DNA of 63,791 nt, the filler included, from Octopus bimaculoides (taxonomy: Eukaryota), in assembly GCF_001194135.2 (NCBI RefSeq). It is 6 parts of 6 records of this genome, joined end to end, with 100 filler letters (N's around TTAATTAATTAA, not from the genome) between each part and the next. Parts side by side here need not be neighbours in the genome. Positions count along the whole stretch, not along the records: positions 44,398 to 56,136 come from NC_068995.1; positions 56,237 to 62,218 come from NC_068988.1; positions 62,319 to 63,791 come from NW_026372364.1; 3 more parts are not named here. One strand, given 5' to 3'. Each line of letters begins with the position of its first letter. Positions within the stretch are counted from its first letter, which is position 1. Positions 53,536 to 63,530 of the stretch are shown here, piece after piece. The position numbers and the translations under genes are program-made. Under the pieces are notes generated by a model. That model was not told where the DNA came from. It searched no databases and saw nothing but the letters and a program-made list of their open reading frames with translations.

Positions 53536-53641
53536 ATCACCCGACGAGATACAACTACACCCCCAGATGCTCCTGAACCAGTTGTTGAGTATCCCACCCA
53601 TGAGAAATCGATGCTAGATGCGTCGAAACAACTGCCGTGAT
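53536..53641 (+). ncRNA. Degenerate double-core hammerhead-like motif
   Basis: ATCAC CCGACGA ... CCCATGA ... GATGC tagat GCGTC GAA ACAACTGC C GTGAT ... AATAAA. Same layout as 49357-49460. Confidence 0.5.
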
Positions 53642-53744
53642 TACTAATAAATTCACGTATATTCCACTTCCGTCTTTCATTTGCCATATATATCTGTATG
53701 TATGTATGTATGTATGTATGTATGTATGTATGTATGTATGTATA

Positions 53745-54632
53745 CAGGGTGCAATGGGTAAATTGTCGCCATTTTATCTTTTTAATGTCGGGCATGCGCA
53801 TTGTTTGTTTTTGACTTTGTCGACTACACTGTATAGTAGGGTCAGTTGGGCACCGTCTGTGAGAAAAATAGTACCATGACGCAATTCACTCAGCCAGAAA
53901 TTTGGAAACGACATGCTGTCCTGCTTGGCATTGGCGCCGGAAGCTGCAATAAGAACATTTCAGAGTGTTTAGGTGTCAATGGGAGGGCAGTACAATCTGA
54001 AGACATGTACCGAAAGTGATAAAAATCAAATATCCAGTCAACATCATGGTGTTTGGAGTGATCACTAGTGATGGCGACGTTATGCCTTCATTCATCTTCC
54101 TACACGACGTCAGACTCAACACTGAGGCCTACATCAAGTGTCTGGAGGAGGTAGTGTTGCCCTGAGTCAAGCGGGTGGCTGGTAGAATACTCTATATCTG
54201 GCAACAAGATTCTGCACCATGCCACAAAAGCATGAGAACCCAGTCATGGCTGTCAGACAATTTCTGCGACCCCATCACCACTAACATCTGGTCACCAAAC
54301 TCTCCAGCCTGCAACTCCCGTGATTATTATGTGCAGGGCGCAGTTGAGCGAGAAACCAACAAAATTCCTTGTAACACCAAAGATGAACTTAAAGAAGGAT
54401 TATGGTAGCATTCATCAACTTAAAAAAGGAGAACGTCCAGAATAGTTGCAGGAGATTCCGAAGTCGTCTGGAGGCCGTGGTTGAAGCTAAAGGCGATTTT
54501 ATTGAATAAATTTAGACTCTAGTATTTCCAGATATTTCTATGCAATTTTGGTAAATATATCTGTTAAAATGAGATGTGAGTGTTATTTTCATTTTTGCGT
54601 AATTTAGACGACAGTATATTCACTTCACCCTG
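53745..54632 (+). mobile_element. DD37D (maT-type) Tc1/mariner transposon, internally deleted
   Basis: WQQD-SAPCH...NSR-D with 37 residues between the aspartates. Imperfect TIRs start CAGGGTG; TA on the left flank. Confidence 0.85.
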
Positions 54633-54647
54633 GTTATATATATATAG

Positions 54648-55071
54648 CTGCCACATTCTGTTGGCATATTAACTTTACTGTTCAGTACTGTTACTGTATA
54701 TCTCTCACTCAGAGATTTAAAACAAGTTGTTTTTCTCTATACGAGATCAGCGACTGTGTGTCGCTTAAAGGATGTACAGTTTTTTACGAGTGGAGAGCTT
54801 TCGTCACAGCCTGTGGTTGTTTCACACTGAAGACGGGTAACCATCCAGAAACCTAGGTCTGTGAGTATCACGTAAGGCTAGTGACGGGAGCGATGACCTC
54901 TCTTACAAATGCTGTACGGACACAAACTGTGTGCCAATAGCCAGCTGGAAAAGATGTTTTCCTGGGGCTTTAATAAGACTGCTACATTTGTTGGCATATG
55001 AACTCTATTATTCGGTATTGTTACTGTATATCTCTCGCTCAGAGATTTAAAACAAGTTGTTTTTCTTTATA
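54648..55071 (+). mobile_element. ORF-less hammerhead-bearing element, 331-bp unit with partial tandem repeat (retrozyme-like)
   Basis: 54648-54741 recurs at 54979-55071 (period 331). Contains an intact HHR. Homologous to 63531-63791. Confidence 0.7.
54822..54864 (+). ncRNA. Minimal type I hammerhead ribozyme, intact core
   Basis: TCACA CTGAAGA c GGGT aacc ATCC a GAA ACCTAGGT C TGTGA: 5-bp stem I, palindromic stem III, GUC site (predicted cut after 54859). Confidence 0.85.
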
Positions 55072-55074
55072 TGT

Positions 55075-55118
<44 letters not shown>

Positions 55119-55582
55119 TGGCATATGTTGAGATATAAGTTTGTGCCAAATAACCATTAAGGGTTATGACCATATTCTGTCTGGCCCACCGGTGTTACGC
55201 TACGATGACTAGACAGCTATCAAAATATTTATTGCCATATGCTTATCTACGAATATGAGACAGCTGGTGTGTGTGTGTGTGTAAGCAACTAATAGTGTGA
55301 TGGGTACTGACATGCTTAATGCTTTACTTTATGTTACTTTATTGTATGCATTATTTCCCTTATTTCTTGTATTTTCTTACTTTTCTGAATTACTTCCTGT
55401 TTGTACTACCAGGATCTCTACTCACGGGAGACCACGTTCGCTGAAGCTGTAATCAAGGGTGTCAAGATCTTGCCAGCCATGTGCGAACTTGACAGTCTGC
55501 CGGACTAGATTATTTTATGCGCAGCTCCATTGTCTCCTGAGACAAAAGGATGCCAACAATTCTTCTTCTTCTTCTTCTTCTT

Positions 55583-55675
<93 letters not shown>

Positions 55676-56014
55676 TCCATTTATTATAAGAGGTATTATT
55701 AACTGTTGTTTAGTTTCAACTTTTGTCTTGTATTTGAGATAATCATAAATATGTGAGGGTTGAAGCGAATAGTAGGAGGAAGAGAAGCAGCTTGGTGACC
55801 AAATTCTACAGGTCTGTAAATACATTCAGCAGATGATGAGGAGATCAGCAATGGGCATTCCTGTGCAATAAGGAGACAAAGGAATCCTTACACCCTTGGG
55901 GTCAGCAGAGGTCAAATATGTTTACTACTACTAGCGATCAATGAAAGCGCTGAACTTGGCCTTGAAAAGAACTAATTCACCTTGTTCTATCTTTAATTAC
56001 TGATAGAAATAATG

Positions 56015-56085
<71 letters not shown>

Positions 56086-56136
56086 TAATTCGTTTTCTTG
56101 GCCACAAGGGCTAATATCAATTAAAGACATATAAGG

Positions 56137-56236
56137 NNNNNNNNNNNNNNNNNNNNNNNNNNNNNNNNNNNNNNNNNNNNTTAATTAATTAANNNNNNNN
56201 NNNNNNNNNNNNNNNNNNNNNNNNNNNNNNNNNNNN
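56137..56236. other. Artificial contig spacer
   Basis: 44N + TTAATTAATTAA (56181-56192) + 44N. Confidence 0.97.
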
Positions 56237-56504
56237 TATATATATATAGGGTAAAATTAATAATTAATTTTACCAAGTAGTTCGGTATGTTAAAAGAACC
56301 ATTATCGGTAAACTTATACAAAAAAATTTATAATTATAAGCATAATTATAATTAGGGATCAGAAAAATTGCTTCACCACATACCGAAATTTAGAAATAGC
56401 AGTTAAAATACTATTCCACTACCATAATATGTCTCCCAGACAGCAATACTCCCAACTCACACAGGCAAAGAGAAGAAAAATAACGAATCCACCCGGCTTT
56501 GATT

Positions 56505-56577
56505 AACTGTATACGCATTTCTGGATTAAAGAGATGTAAAAAAATATTACTCACTTACTTCCATCATCAGCACAGTT
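56505..56577 (-). ncRNA. Type I hammerhead motif, intact core
   Basis: Minus strand AACTGTG CTGATGA TGGA [33-nt loop] TCCA GAA ATGCGT A TACAGTT: 7-bp stem I, 4-bp stem II. Confidence 0.75.
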
Positions 56578-56825
56578 TTTCAAATTATAAATCCGAGAAT
56601 GCTAATAATTAAGATACGCATTCGACCAAGCACCATCGAACAACTAATATCCAAAAACCAGCATTTCCGAATTCATACAGACGAGTAAGAACTCGCATTC
56701 CTTCCCCAATCATCCGTGTGCGCTACTAGTAATCCCGCAATAATTATTAATTATTAATTTTACCCTATATCAGTATTGATTAAATAATTCATTCCCTGAT
56801 AGTAAACTGCAGTTGCTGCGGGATT

Positions 56826-56895
56826 ACTGTACTAATGATGGAAGTAAGTCAGTAATATTTTTTACATCTCTTTAATCCTGAAACGCGTATACAGT
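56826..56895 (+). ncRNA. Type I hammerhead motif, core mutated (CTAATGA)
   Basis: ACTGTA CTAATGA TGGA...TCCT GAA ACGCGT A TACAGT. The G5A change is expected to inactivate it. Confidence 0.65.
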
Positions 56896-57248
56896 TAATC
56901 AAAGCCGGGTGGATTCGTTATTTTTTTTCTCTTTGCCTGTGTGAGTTGGGAGTATTGCTGTCTGGGAGACATATTATGGTAGTGGAATAGTATTTTAACT
57001 GCTATTTCTAAATATCGGTGTGTTGAAGCAATTTTACTGATCTCTAATTATAATTATGCTTATAATTATAAAAAATTTTGTATGTATATATATGTATATA
57101 TATGTATACATATATATATAAATATATATATGCGTGCATGTGTGTGTTCGTGCGTGTTACTGTGTGTTTGTGTGTGTATATATATAAATGTGAACACATA
57201 TAAACGCATATTGAGAGAACTGTCAAAATCCTCTCCCATTTCTTACAG

Positions 57249-57452
57249 ATGCTTGCTTAGTAACACAAAAAGATTCTACTTTTGCAATGAGAGATCACTG
57301 TGCTGGTTATTGGTCGTGTCATTACGGTCGGGCTGAGGCAAAATGTTGTCAAAGGAATCACAGATACGTACAAGGAAAAGGATGTCAACCGGACGGGTCC
57401 TGTAACCAACTTTGTCCACATTTCAAGAATACGGTGGAGAACAACGACAAAT
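57249..57452 (+). CDS. Pif/BMSP/LamG3-like gene, Cys-rich chitin-binding-like exon
   Basis: CCCATTTCTTACAG|AT. Reads DACLVTQKDSTFAMRDHCAGYWSCHYGRAEAKCCQRNHRYVQGKGCQPDGSCNQLCPHFKNTVENNDK. Donor is either GC (AT|GCAAGC, end 57452) or a weak GT at 57468; both are phase 1. Confidence 0.8.
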
Positions 57453-57800
57453 GCAAGCCAACTATTTGTATTTTGCTGTATAATTCTTCGTATTTTTCAT
57501 TAATTTATTTGAAAAATTCTCTTCTAAATTTCTCCCACCTTTCCTTCCATATGTTCCACCAAATTTCTTTCTGCTACTTCTGTCATAAGTTCTACCAAAA
57601 TTTCATCACATCTTCCAGAAATTCTTACTAAACAGTACCCTATCATATTATCCGTAATTTTTAACAAATCCTCTTCTATCATCTTTTCCTATAAGTTCTA
57701 TCAAACTTCCTCCATGGTACTTTTTCAAAATTTTAACATACTTTAATGTTTTCCAGAAACTCTTCTATCGCATTAAAAGCTAAATATTTAAAACTGAGTA

Positions 57801-58802
57801 CAGGGATTTCGGGCTAAATTTGACAGTTTGCGTAAATAGAAACGAAGAAACAGTTTCCTATCCAAAAATAAAATATTTTTTTAAATATTCAAAATGTCAA
57901 CTAAATTATGGCTGGGAGATAAGTTTACTCAAAGTAGCCACCCTCAGCTCTCACCACGGTCTCAAGACGTCTTCGGAATCTGGCGCATGCGCTAGTCACA
58001 ATGTTCCAGGAAAAATTTTCGATCACCTCCTTGATTTTGGCCACCAGATTGACCTTGGTACTACAGGAAGACCGATTGGTTCTTTCTCATTGATTGTAAA
58101 ACACCGGCTTCTACAATATTAAGAACTACAGAAAAAGAACCGAACCCAGAAATTTCTGAATTGGAAAATGACCAGATTTACTTTAACTACTTGAAAAGAC
58201 CGATAGAATTGATAAATCTATGGGATTACAATCAAGTTAATTAGGAGGCCAGAAATTGGGGCTGGTGAAATCATATAATTTCTCTGATAATCATTTCTCA
58301 CACTTTTAGGAAGTATTGCAAAGAGTCAAATCTTGCTGCCATACATATGGCCTTCTACCTGCAACCCTATCTAGTGAGGGTTTGACCACAGTTTCCTGCA
58401 CCTTCACATAACCATCTGAATTGAACCTAAAGTTCTGTTCAAAGCTGTGGGGATAAATTCCGGCTTGCAGACGGAGTCAGAAATCCTGCTGTCTTCCTAC
58501 CTGTTGGTCACGGCTTCATAGTCTCCGTTGCAGCTGTCCATGTCATGTCTTACGACCTTTATAGTGTTCAAAGATCCTTGAGCAGCAGTCATGATGTCGG
58601 TATTTTGTTACTCGGTGCGAATCATGACACTGGTAATCTTTTCCAATATTCAGATAACTTTCAGTCCTCCATATCAGCTAACTTCTTTTCAACTACAACT
58701 TTAATCTTTAGGCTCTCTAATGCTGTTGACTGATCACCAATAAATCAAGCTGTTCCTGAAAAAGGAAACATAAAAATAGTTAAATTTAGCCCGAACACCC
58801 TG
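57801..58802 (-). mobile_element. DD37D-like Tc1/mariner transposon remnant in intron
   Basis: TIRs CAGGGATTTCGGGCTAAATTTGAC / rc CAGGGTGTTCGGGCTAAATTTAAC with TA on both flanks. Minus strand NSDGYVKVQETVVKPSLDRVAGRRPYVWQQD. Confidence 0.8.
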
Positions 58803-59380
58803 TATATGAAATATTTTATTGAATTGAAGCACATTATGCGATTTCAAATTGCAGGGAATCTAGTGGAGGGCTTGCTTGTTTATATCCTACCATCGGCAGT
58901 GTGTTTTATTAGTGGCCAAGCCATTTATCTCTCAACAGCTGAATTCTCTATCCAGGTTTGCGTAGCTAACGTAGATAGCATACTTCCACTGTTTCGAGCA
59001 AAAGCAGCACTATAGAATTGATGGATGTTTTACAATCTTTCTTGTTGAAAAAGTAATCAATATTTGTCACCGGCTTCTACAATATTAAGAACTACGGAAA
59101 AAGAACCGAACCCGGAAATCTCTGAATTGGAAAATGACCAGATTTACTTTAACTTCTTGAGAAGACCAACAGAATTGATAAATTATGGGTAACATGGTGT
59201 AAGGTTGGCAGTGATTAAAACTTCACAAGTTTTATAACCAAGACTCATTTTGTATTTTACATTCTTATTTTAAATTACAATTAGTAGGGTACTCTTCCCA
59301 ACTTATTGTATTTAATCAAATTCTGATTCTTTTGGTATTTGTTTAAAGCCTTCTAAAATACTGGTGATTTATTTTTATAG

Positions 59381-59539
59381 CTGAATGCGAGTTACTAACT
59401 GACGAAAACAATCCAAGTTCTTACATACAGATTGTTCCTGGCATAGGACCTATATCGCGTCCGTGTGCTCCTGGCTCAGCTTTCGATAAGAGTATGTGTT
59501 CTTGCGCGAAAGTCAGCAAATCCTGGAAATCACACGTGG
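59381..59539 (+). CDS. Pif/BMSP/LamG3-like gene, second Cys-rich exon
   Basis: ATTTTTATAG|CT...GTGG|GTAAGC, phase 1-1. Reads SECELLTDENNPSSYIQIVPGIGPISRPCAPGSAFDKSMCSCAKVSKSWKSHV (PCAPG...C.C motif of Pif-type modules). Confidence 0.88.
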
Positions 59540-60059
59540 GTAAGCTGCTTATGATTAAAGCCTTCCGTAACCGAAAATATTTTGAAATTTATCTAATAAA
59601 ACAATGCATTAAATATAACTAAGAAAATATAAATTGATCAAGTCTTTTTTTTTTCTTTTTCTATGGAATGTATTTGAGCTGGAAGTTTTGTGGGTCAGCC
59701 AAAAATGACTTCCATTACTTCTCCCAGCCACTGACCATGCCTATGTCTACAAGTGTGAAGACAAAGTATGCCATTTTTAGGAGAATGCTAATTGGAAGTT
59801 ATAAATGTTATATTTTTCTAAGAGGGTACTGAATAAATACTTTCAGTGAATTGTTTGGAAAAGGAGACGTTGAATTAAGTCCGTAATATATTTATAAATA
59901 TGAAATGAGTGAAAAATAAAAATCTATAATATATATTTTCAACATATTTCATAACGTAACTTCATTATTTATCAAAAGAAAAAAGTAACCTTTAAGAAAC
60001 TTTGGAGTAGTTAGATACCTGTTTCGCTTGATTTACTTTCACTGTTTTCTACTTCCCAG

Positions 60060-60412
60060 AGTGTAAACCTTCCGTCAGTTATAATTTCAACGTGGATTTC
60101 GCGGACCAAAGTGGCAATAACGTTTTTGCTGGGTACGAAAGAGTTGATATTACCGAAAACGGCACCGCAAAATTCAGTGACGGTAGTCGCATAAATATAT
60201 GGAGATTTGCTAATGTCGAATTCAGTGAAAAGTTATTGCTAAAATTACGTTTTCTTAAGTACAACTATGGAGCAGTAGAACAACCAATAGTTACCAACTG
60301 CTATGGTGAACATGGAGAAGGATCTTCCATTGCTATCACGATAGTCGAGCAAAGTATAACCATTAAAATCAAAACAGAACTTGGTGAAACTGGAATCTTG
60401 AGATTCTTTCAG
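60060..60412 (+). CDS. Pif/BMSP/LamG3-like gene, laminin-G domain exon
   Basis: TTTTCTACTTCCCAG|AG...CAG|GTTTGT, phase 1-0. Reads ECKPSVSYNFNVDFADQSGNNVFAGYERVDITENGTAKFSDGSRINIWRFANVEFSEKLL...ILRFFQ. Confidence 0.88.
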
Positions 60413-60764
60413 GTTTGTTAGTTTCGATTTCTTTACATGTTTTCTTTTTATTGTTATAATATACAATTATTTATTGTGACTACATACAACGGTGTTGTGA
60501 CATTCGTATCATTCTCAAAGTCAGAGTTTTAAAAGATAAATGATCTCAAATGAAAACCTTGGCTGGTTACAAGCTTACTCTAAGTTTCTTACCATCCAAC
60601 TTGAATTAAAAGCTATATATCTGATAGTCACGGAACAGCAGTTTCTTTTCTTTGGCTTTCTACTGTCCTTCTTTACTCTTAGTTTAATATTAGTCAATAT
60701 CCGCTGTTTGCAATGTGTGCCTTATAAACTAGAGCATCTTACTGGTTTCTCCTTTCTGCTGCAG

Positions 60765-60855
60765 GTTCCAGGATTCAATAATGTGACAATGGTGTATGAT
60801 GGCCAACATGTTATAGCAAAGGTTAATGGCAAAATTAAGTCAACTGCTCTCATTG
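60765..60855 (+). CDS. Pif/BMSP/LamG3-like gene, laminin-G continuation exon
   Basis: CCTTTCTGCTGCAG|GTT...ATTG|GTTAGT, phase 0-1. Reads VPGFNNVTMVYDGQHVIAKVNGKIKSTALI (LamG V...YDG....VNG). Confidence 0.88.
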
Positions 60856-61243
60856 GTTAGTATCAAATCATATTTCGGTACTCTTTTGACGTTTTAGAGT
60901 TTAATCGCTCAGTTGATTATTTGGAGCAATAAAAAAAAAAAGAAAAATTATGTTAGTAATAGCTTTTAATTAATGAAGGTATTAGAGCACAGTAAAAGAA
61001 TTATCTCTTGATTGTTCTTACAAATAAATATTACTAACTCTGTCTGTCATTCTTTCAGTGTTTTACTTCTTTCAATGATTTAAAGGAAGTCACATAGACA
61101 TGATGCAGTGTTGGAACCACACACTAAGGGAAACCATAAACTAATAAAACGTAAAATATCCTACTCTCTACAATGGTGAAGAGATCTTCAAGTTGTGATT
61201 ATGTGAATTCTAGACTAATAAGAGCTAAATACTTTAACTTCAG

Positions 61244-61326
61244 GACGTATAAAGAGTACATCTACTTGTTTGTTAGAAGCTGTTGAGTTACGTTGTTGTC
61301 AAATCGCAGAGATGAATAATTTATGA
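61244..61326 (+). CDS. Candidate terminal exon of Pif-like gene
   Basis: TTTAACTTCAG|GA, phase 1, reads GRIKSTSTCLLEAVELRCCQIAEMNNL*. Only the start resembles a LamG end. Confidence 0.3.
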
Positions 61327-61692
61327 GTTCTTATGTTATTGAAATAGATGAAAAGATACATAAATAGATAGACAAATATATCGATAGTTAGACAGGTATT
61401 GGTAGTGATTGATAAATACTTATGTGTGTGTCAGTGTATGCGTCTGTGTATGTATGCTAACTTTAGATTATTTTAAAGCAGAATTAAGAATAACCGAACA
61501 CCTACTGATTGAAGTAATCAATGCTGAGAGAAAAATCAACTGTATAATAAAATTCATATTGACAAGTTTTGCCTGACGGCTTATCCAAGCAGTATATATA
61601 TATATATATATCCAAGGTTTCAAATTTGTATATTTAAAAAGGATAGAGACTTTCAACACGATCGATTTTTATTCCATTTATTTAATTATTTA

Positions 61693-61778
61693 CCATTCGA
61701 TGTCAACGTTTCTGTGCTCAACTCTATCCAACGACTGATCCGTTGGATGTCTGACGTTTGGCACTTCCTCAGGAATGG
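61693..61778 (-). ncRNA. Type I hammerhead motif with extended stem II
   Basis: Minus strand CCATTC CTGAGGA a GTGC...[ATCCAACG/CGTTGGAT hairpin]...GCAC a GAA ACGTTGACAT C GAATGG: 6-bp stem I, one mismatch in stem III. Confidence 0.7.
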
Positions 61779-62218
61779 CTTCCATTAGAACAAATGACCA
61801 AGAAACACAATTATCGATCAGAACAGATTATTAAAAATTATTTAACTATACCGTTCTTTCCGCCATGCTGTCTTGATTATATTTGATTATGATATACAGG
61901 GGAGGTAACTCCTTAATCTTTTCTATTGTTACCGCTCTCCTGTGAATGTCTACTAGTTTAATTTATTTTATTTATTAATTTATTTATTAATCTATTTATT
62001 AATGACTATTGATTATCCCCGATAGGTAGATTATTTTTGTTGCCCCTGGGAGGCTATCATTGCTATTATTTTATTTTACATTAATACTGTGTCTCATTAT
62101 TGGGCTAAGAGAATTTTATCCAGAAATCATTGCTCCTAGGAATCTTTTCAAGCTCCATCACTGATATATTCAATAATATTTCAATATATTATCATTATTT
62201 GCTATTACCAATATATTC

Positions 62219-62318
62219 NNNNNNNNNNNNNNNNNNNNNNNNNNNNNNNNNNNNNNNNNNNNTTAATTAATTAANNNNNNNNNNNNNNNNNNNNNNNNNN
62301 NNNNNNNNNNNNNNNNNN
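62219..62318. other. Artificial contig spacer
   Basis: 44N + TTAATTAATTAA (62263-62274) + 44N. Confidence 0.97.
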
Positions 62319-63094
62319 TTGGGTTTATATACACACACGCAAACAAATGCATGCACACACATACGTGCATCCTAGTTTCTAGGACACTAAGCGCCCTCTG
62401 GACATATCCTGTATTATTCATCAGACCCTCATTGCTTGTGCCCATCTGTTTATTAAAGTAGTCAACTACGTCTTTAAATTCTCTTGTTCTTAAACTCATT
62501 TGCGTCCGAACACAATAAATATATGGCTTTAATCTTTCACTATTGAAACTCCAATATTACAGCCACCAGCATTTGACCACATCGCTTCATAATACCAAAT
62601 CGACTCTCATCCGCTGAGCTCATCCTCTGTCACATTCCTCTGAGTGCAAGAGAAAAGCAATCTATTTTGGCAATATAATTATATTCCATTCAACGAAGGA
62701 TAAATGCAATAACATTTAATGAATGAATTGATACAAATAGATCAATAAAGAAAAAAAAATGGATAAAAATAATTTAATCCCTTGACTAGAGCATTTTATA
62801 AATTAGAACTTGAATATTTTCCAGGTTTTAAAGCAATGTGTGCTAATCAATGATCTGGTTAGTGATTTGATCCCAATGTAATAACAAAATGATGCTATTC
62901 ACCGATCAAAGCTATTCTGTGAGCGGATCAAAGCGGTTTTAATAAAACACACATATACACAGGTACGCACACATGCTCTTACACTAACACACTCGATCAC
63001 GCGCAAGCACACACACATACACACACACACGCACACACAAACACAAATATGGATTTGAGAGGGAAAAAGCTAAATGATGTACGAAATTAGATTT

Positions 63095-63201
63095 TGTGTT
63101 TGTCAATGAAACATTATTTCTTCCCTATGACGTCTAGTAAACTGATGATGACGTTGATGATGGTGATGATGTTGATGAGAATGATGATGATGATGACGAT
63201 T

Positions 63202-63241
<40 letters not shown>

Positions 63242-63360
63242 CGACAGTGATGGCAACGCTTACGATATTTAAGATGATAAAGATGATGACGACGAAGCCT
63301 TCAAACGCTGTAAAATTGCAACTTACAATGACGACTACTGCAATATCTAGTTACTGCTGC
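63095..63360. repeat. (GAT)n/(GAC)n microsatellite
   Basis: Visible trinucleotide array. It explains the poly-M ORF. Confidence 0.85.
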
Positions 63361-63530
63361 TCTACAAATATCAAATGTTGCCCGAAACTATAACATTTTC
63401 TCTTATGTTCCGGACAGCTTTGCTCTGGGCGACGCGCAAATATCTCTGAGATTATTCACAAAAAGACTAATCGAATGACTGCAAAAAGGTTAAGTTACCA
63501 ACATACAAGTGACTGTTTTATTTTATTCTT

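Larger units (their letters stand above)
56316..57083. repeat. ~260-bp inverted repeat pair (PLE pseudo-LTR-like), each arm with an HHR
   Basis: Arms 56316-56576 and 56826-57083 are near-identical reverse complements. Smaller nested inversions lie in the spacer (56243-56268 vs ~56745-56770). Confidence 0.85.
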
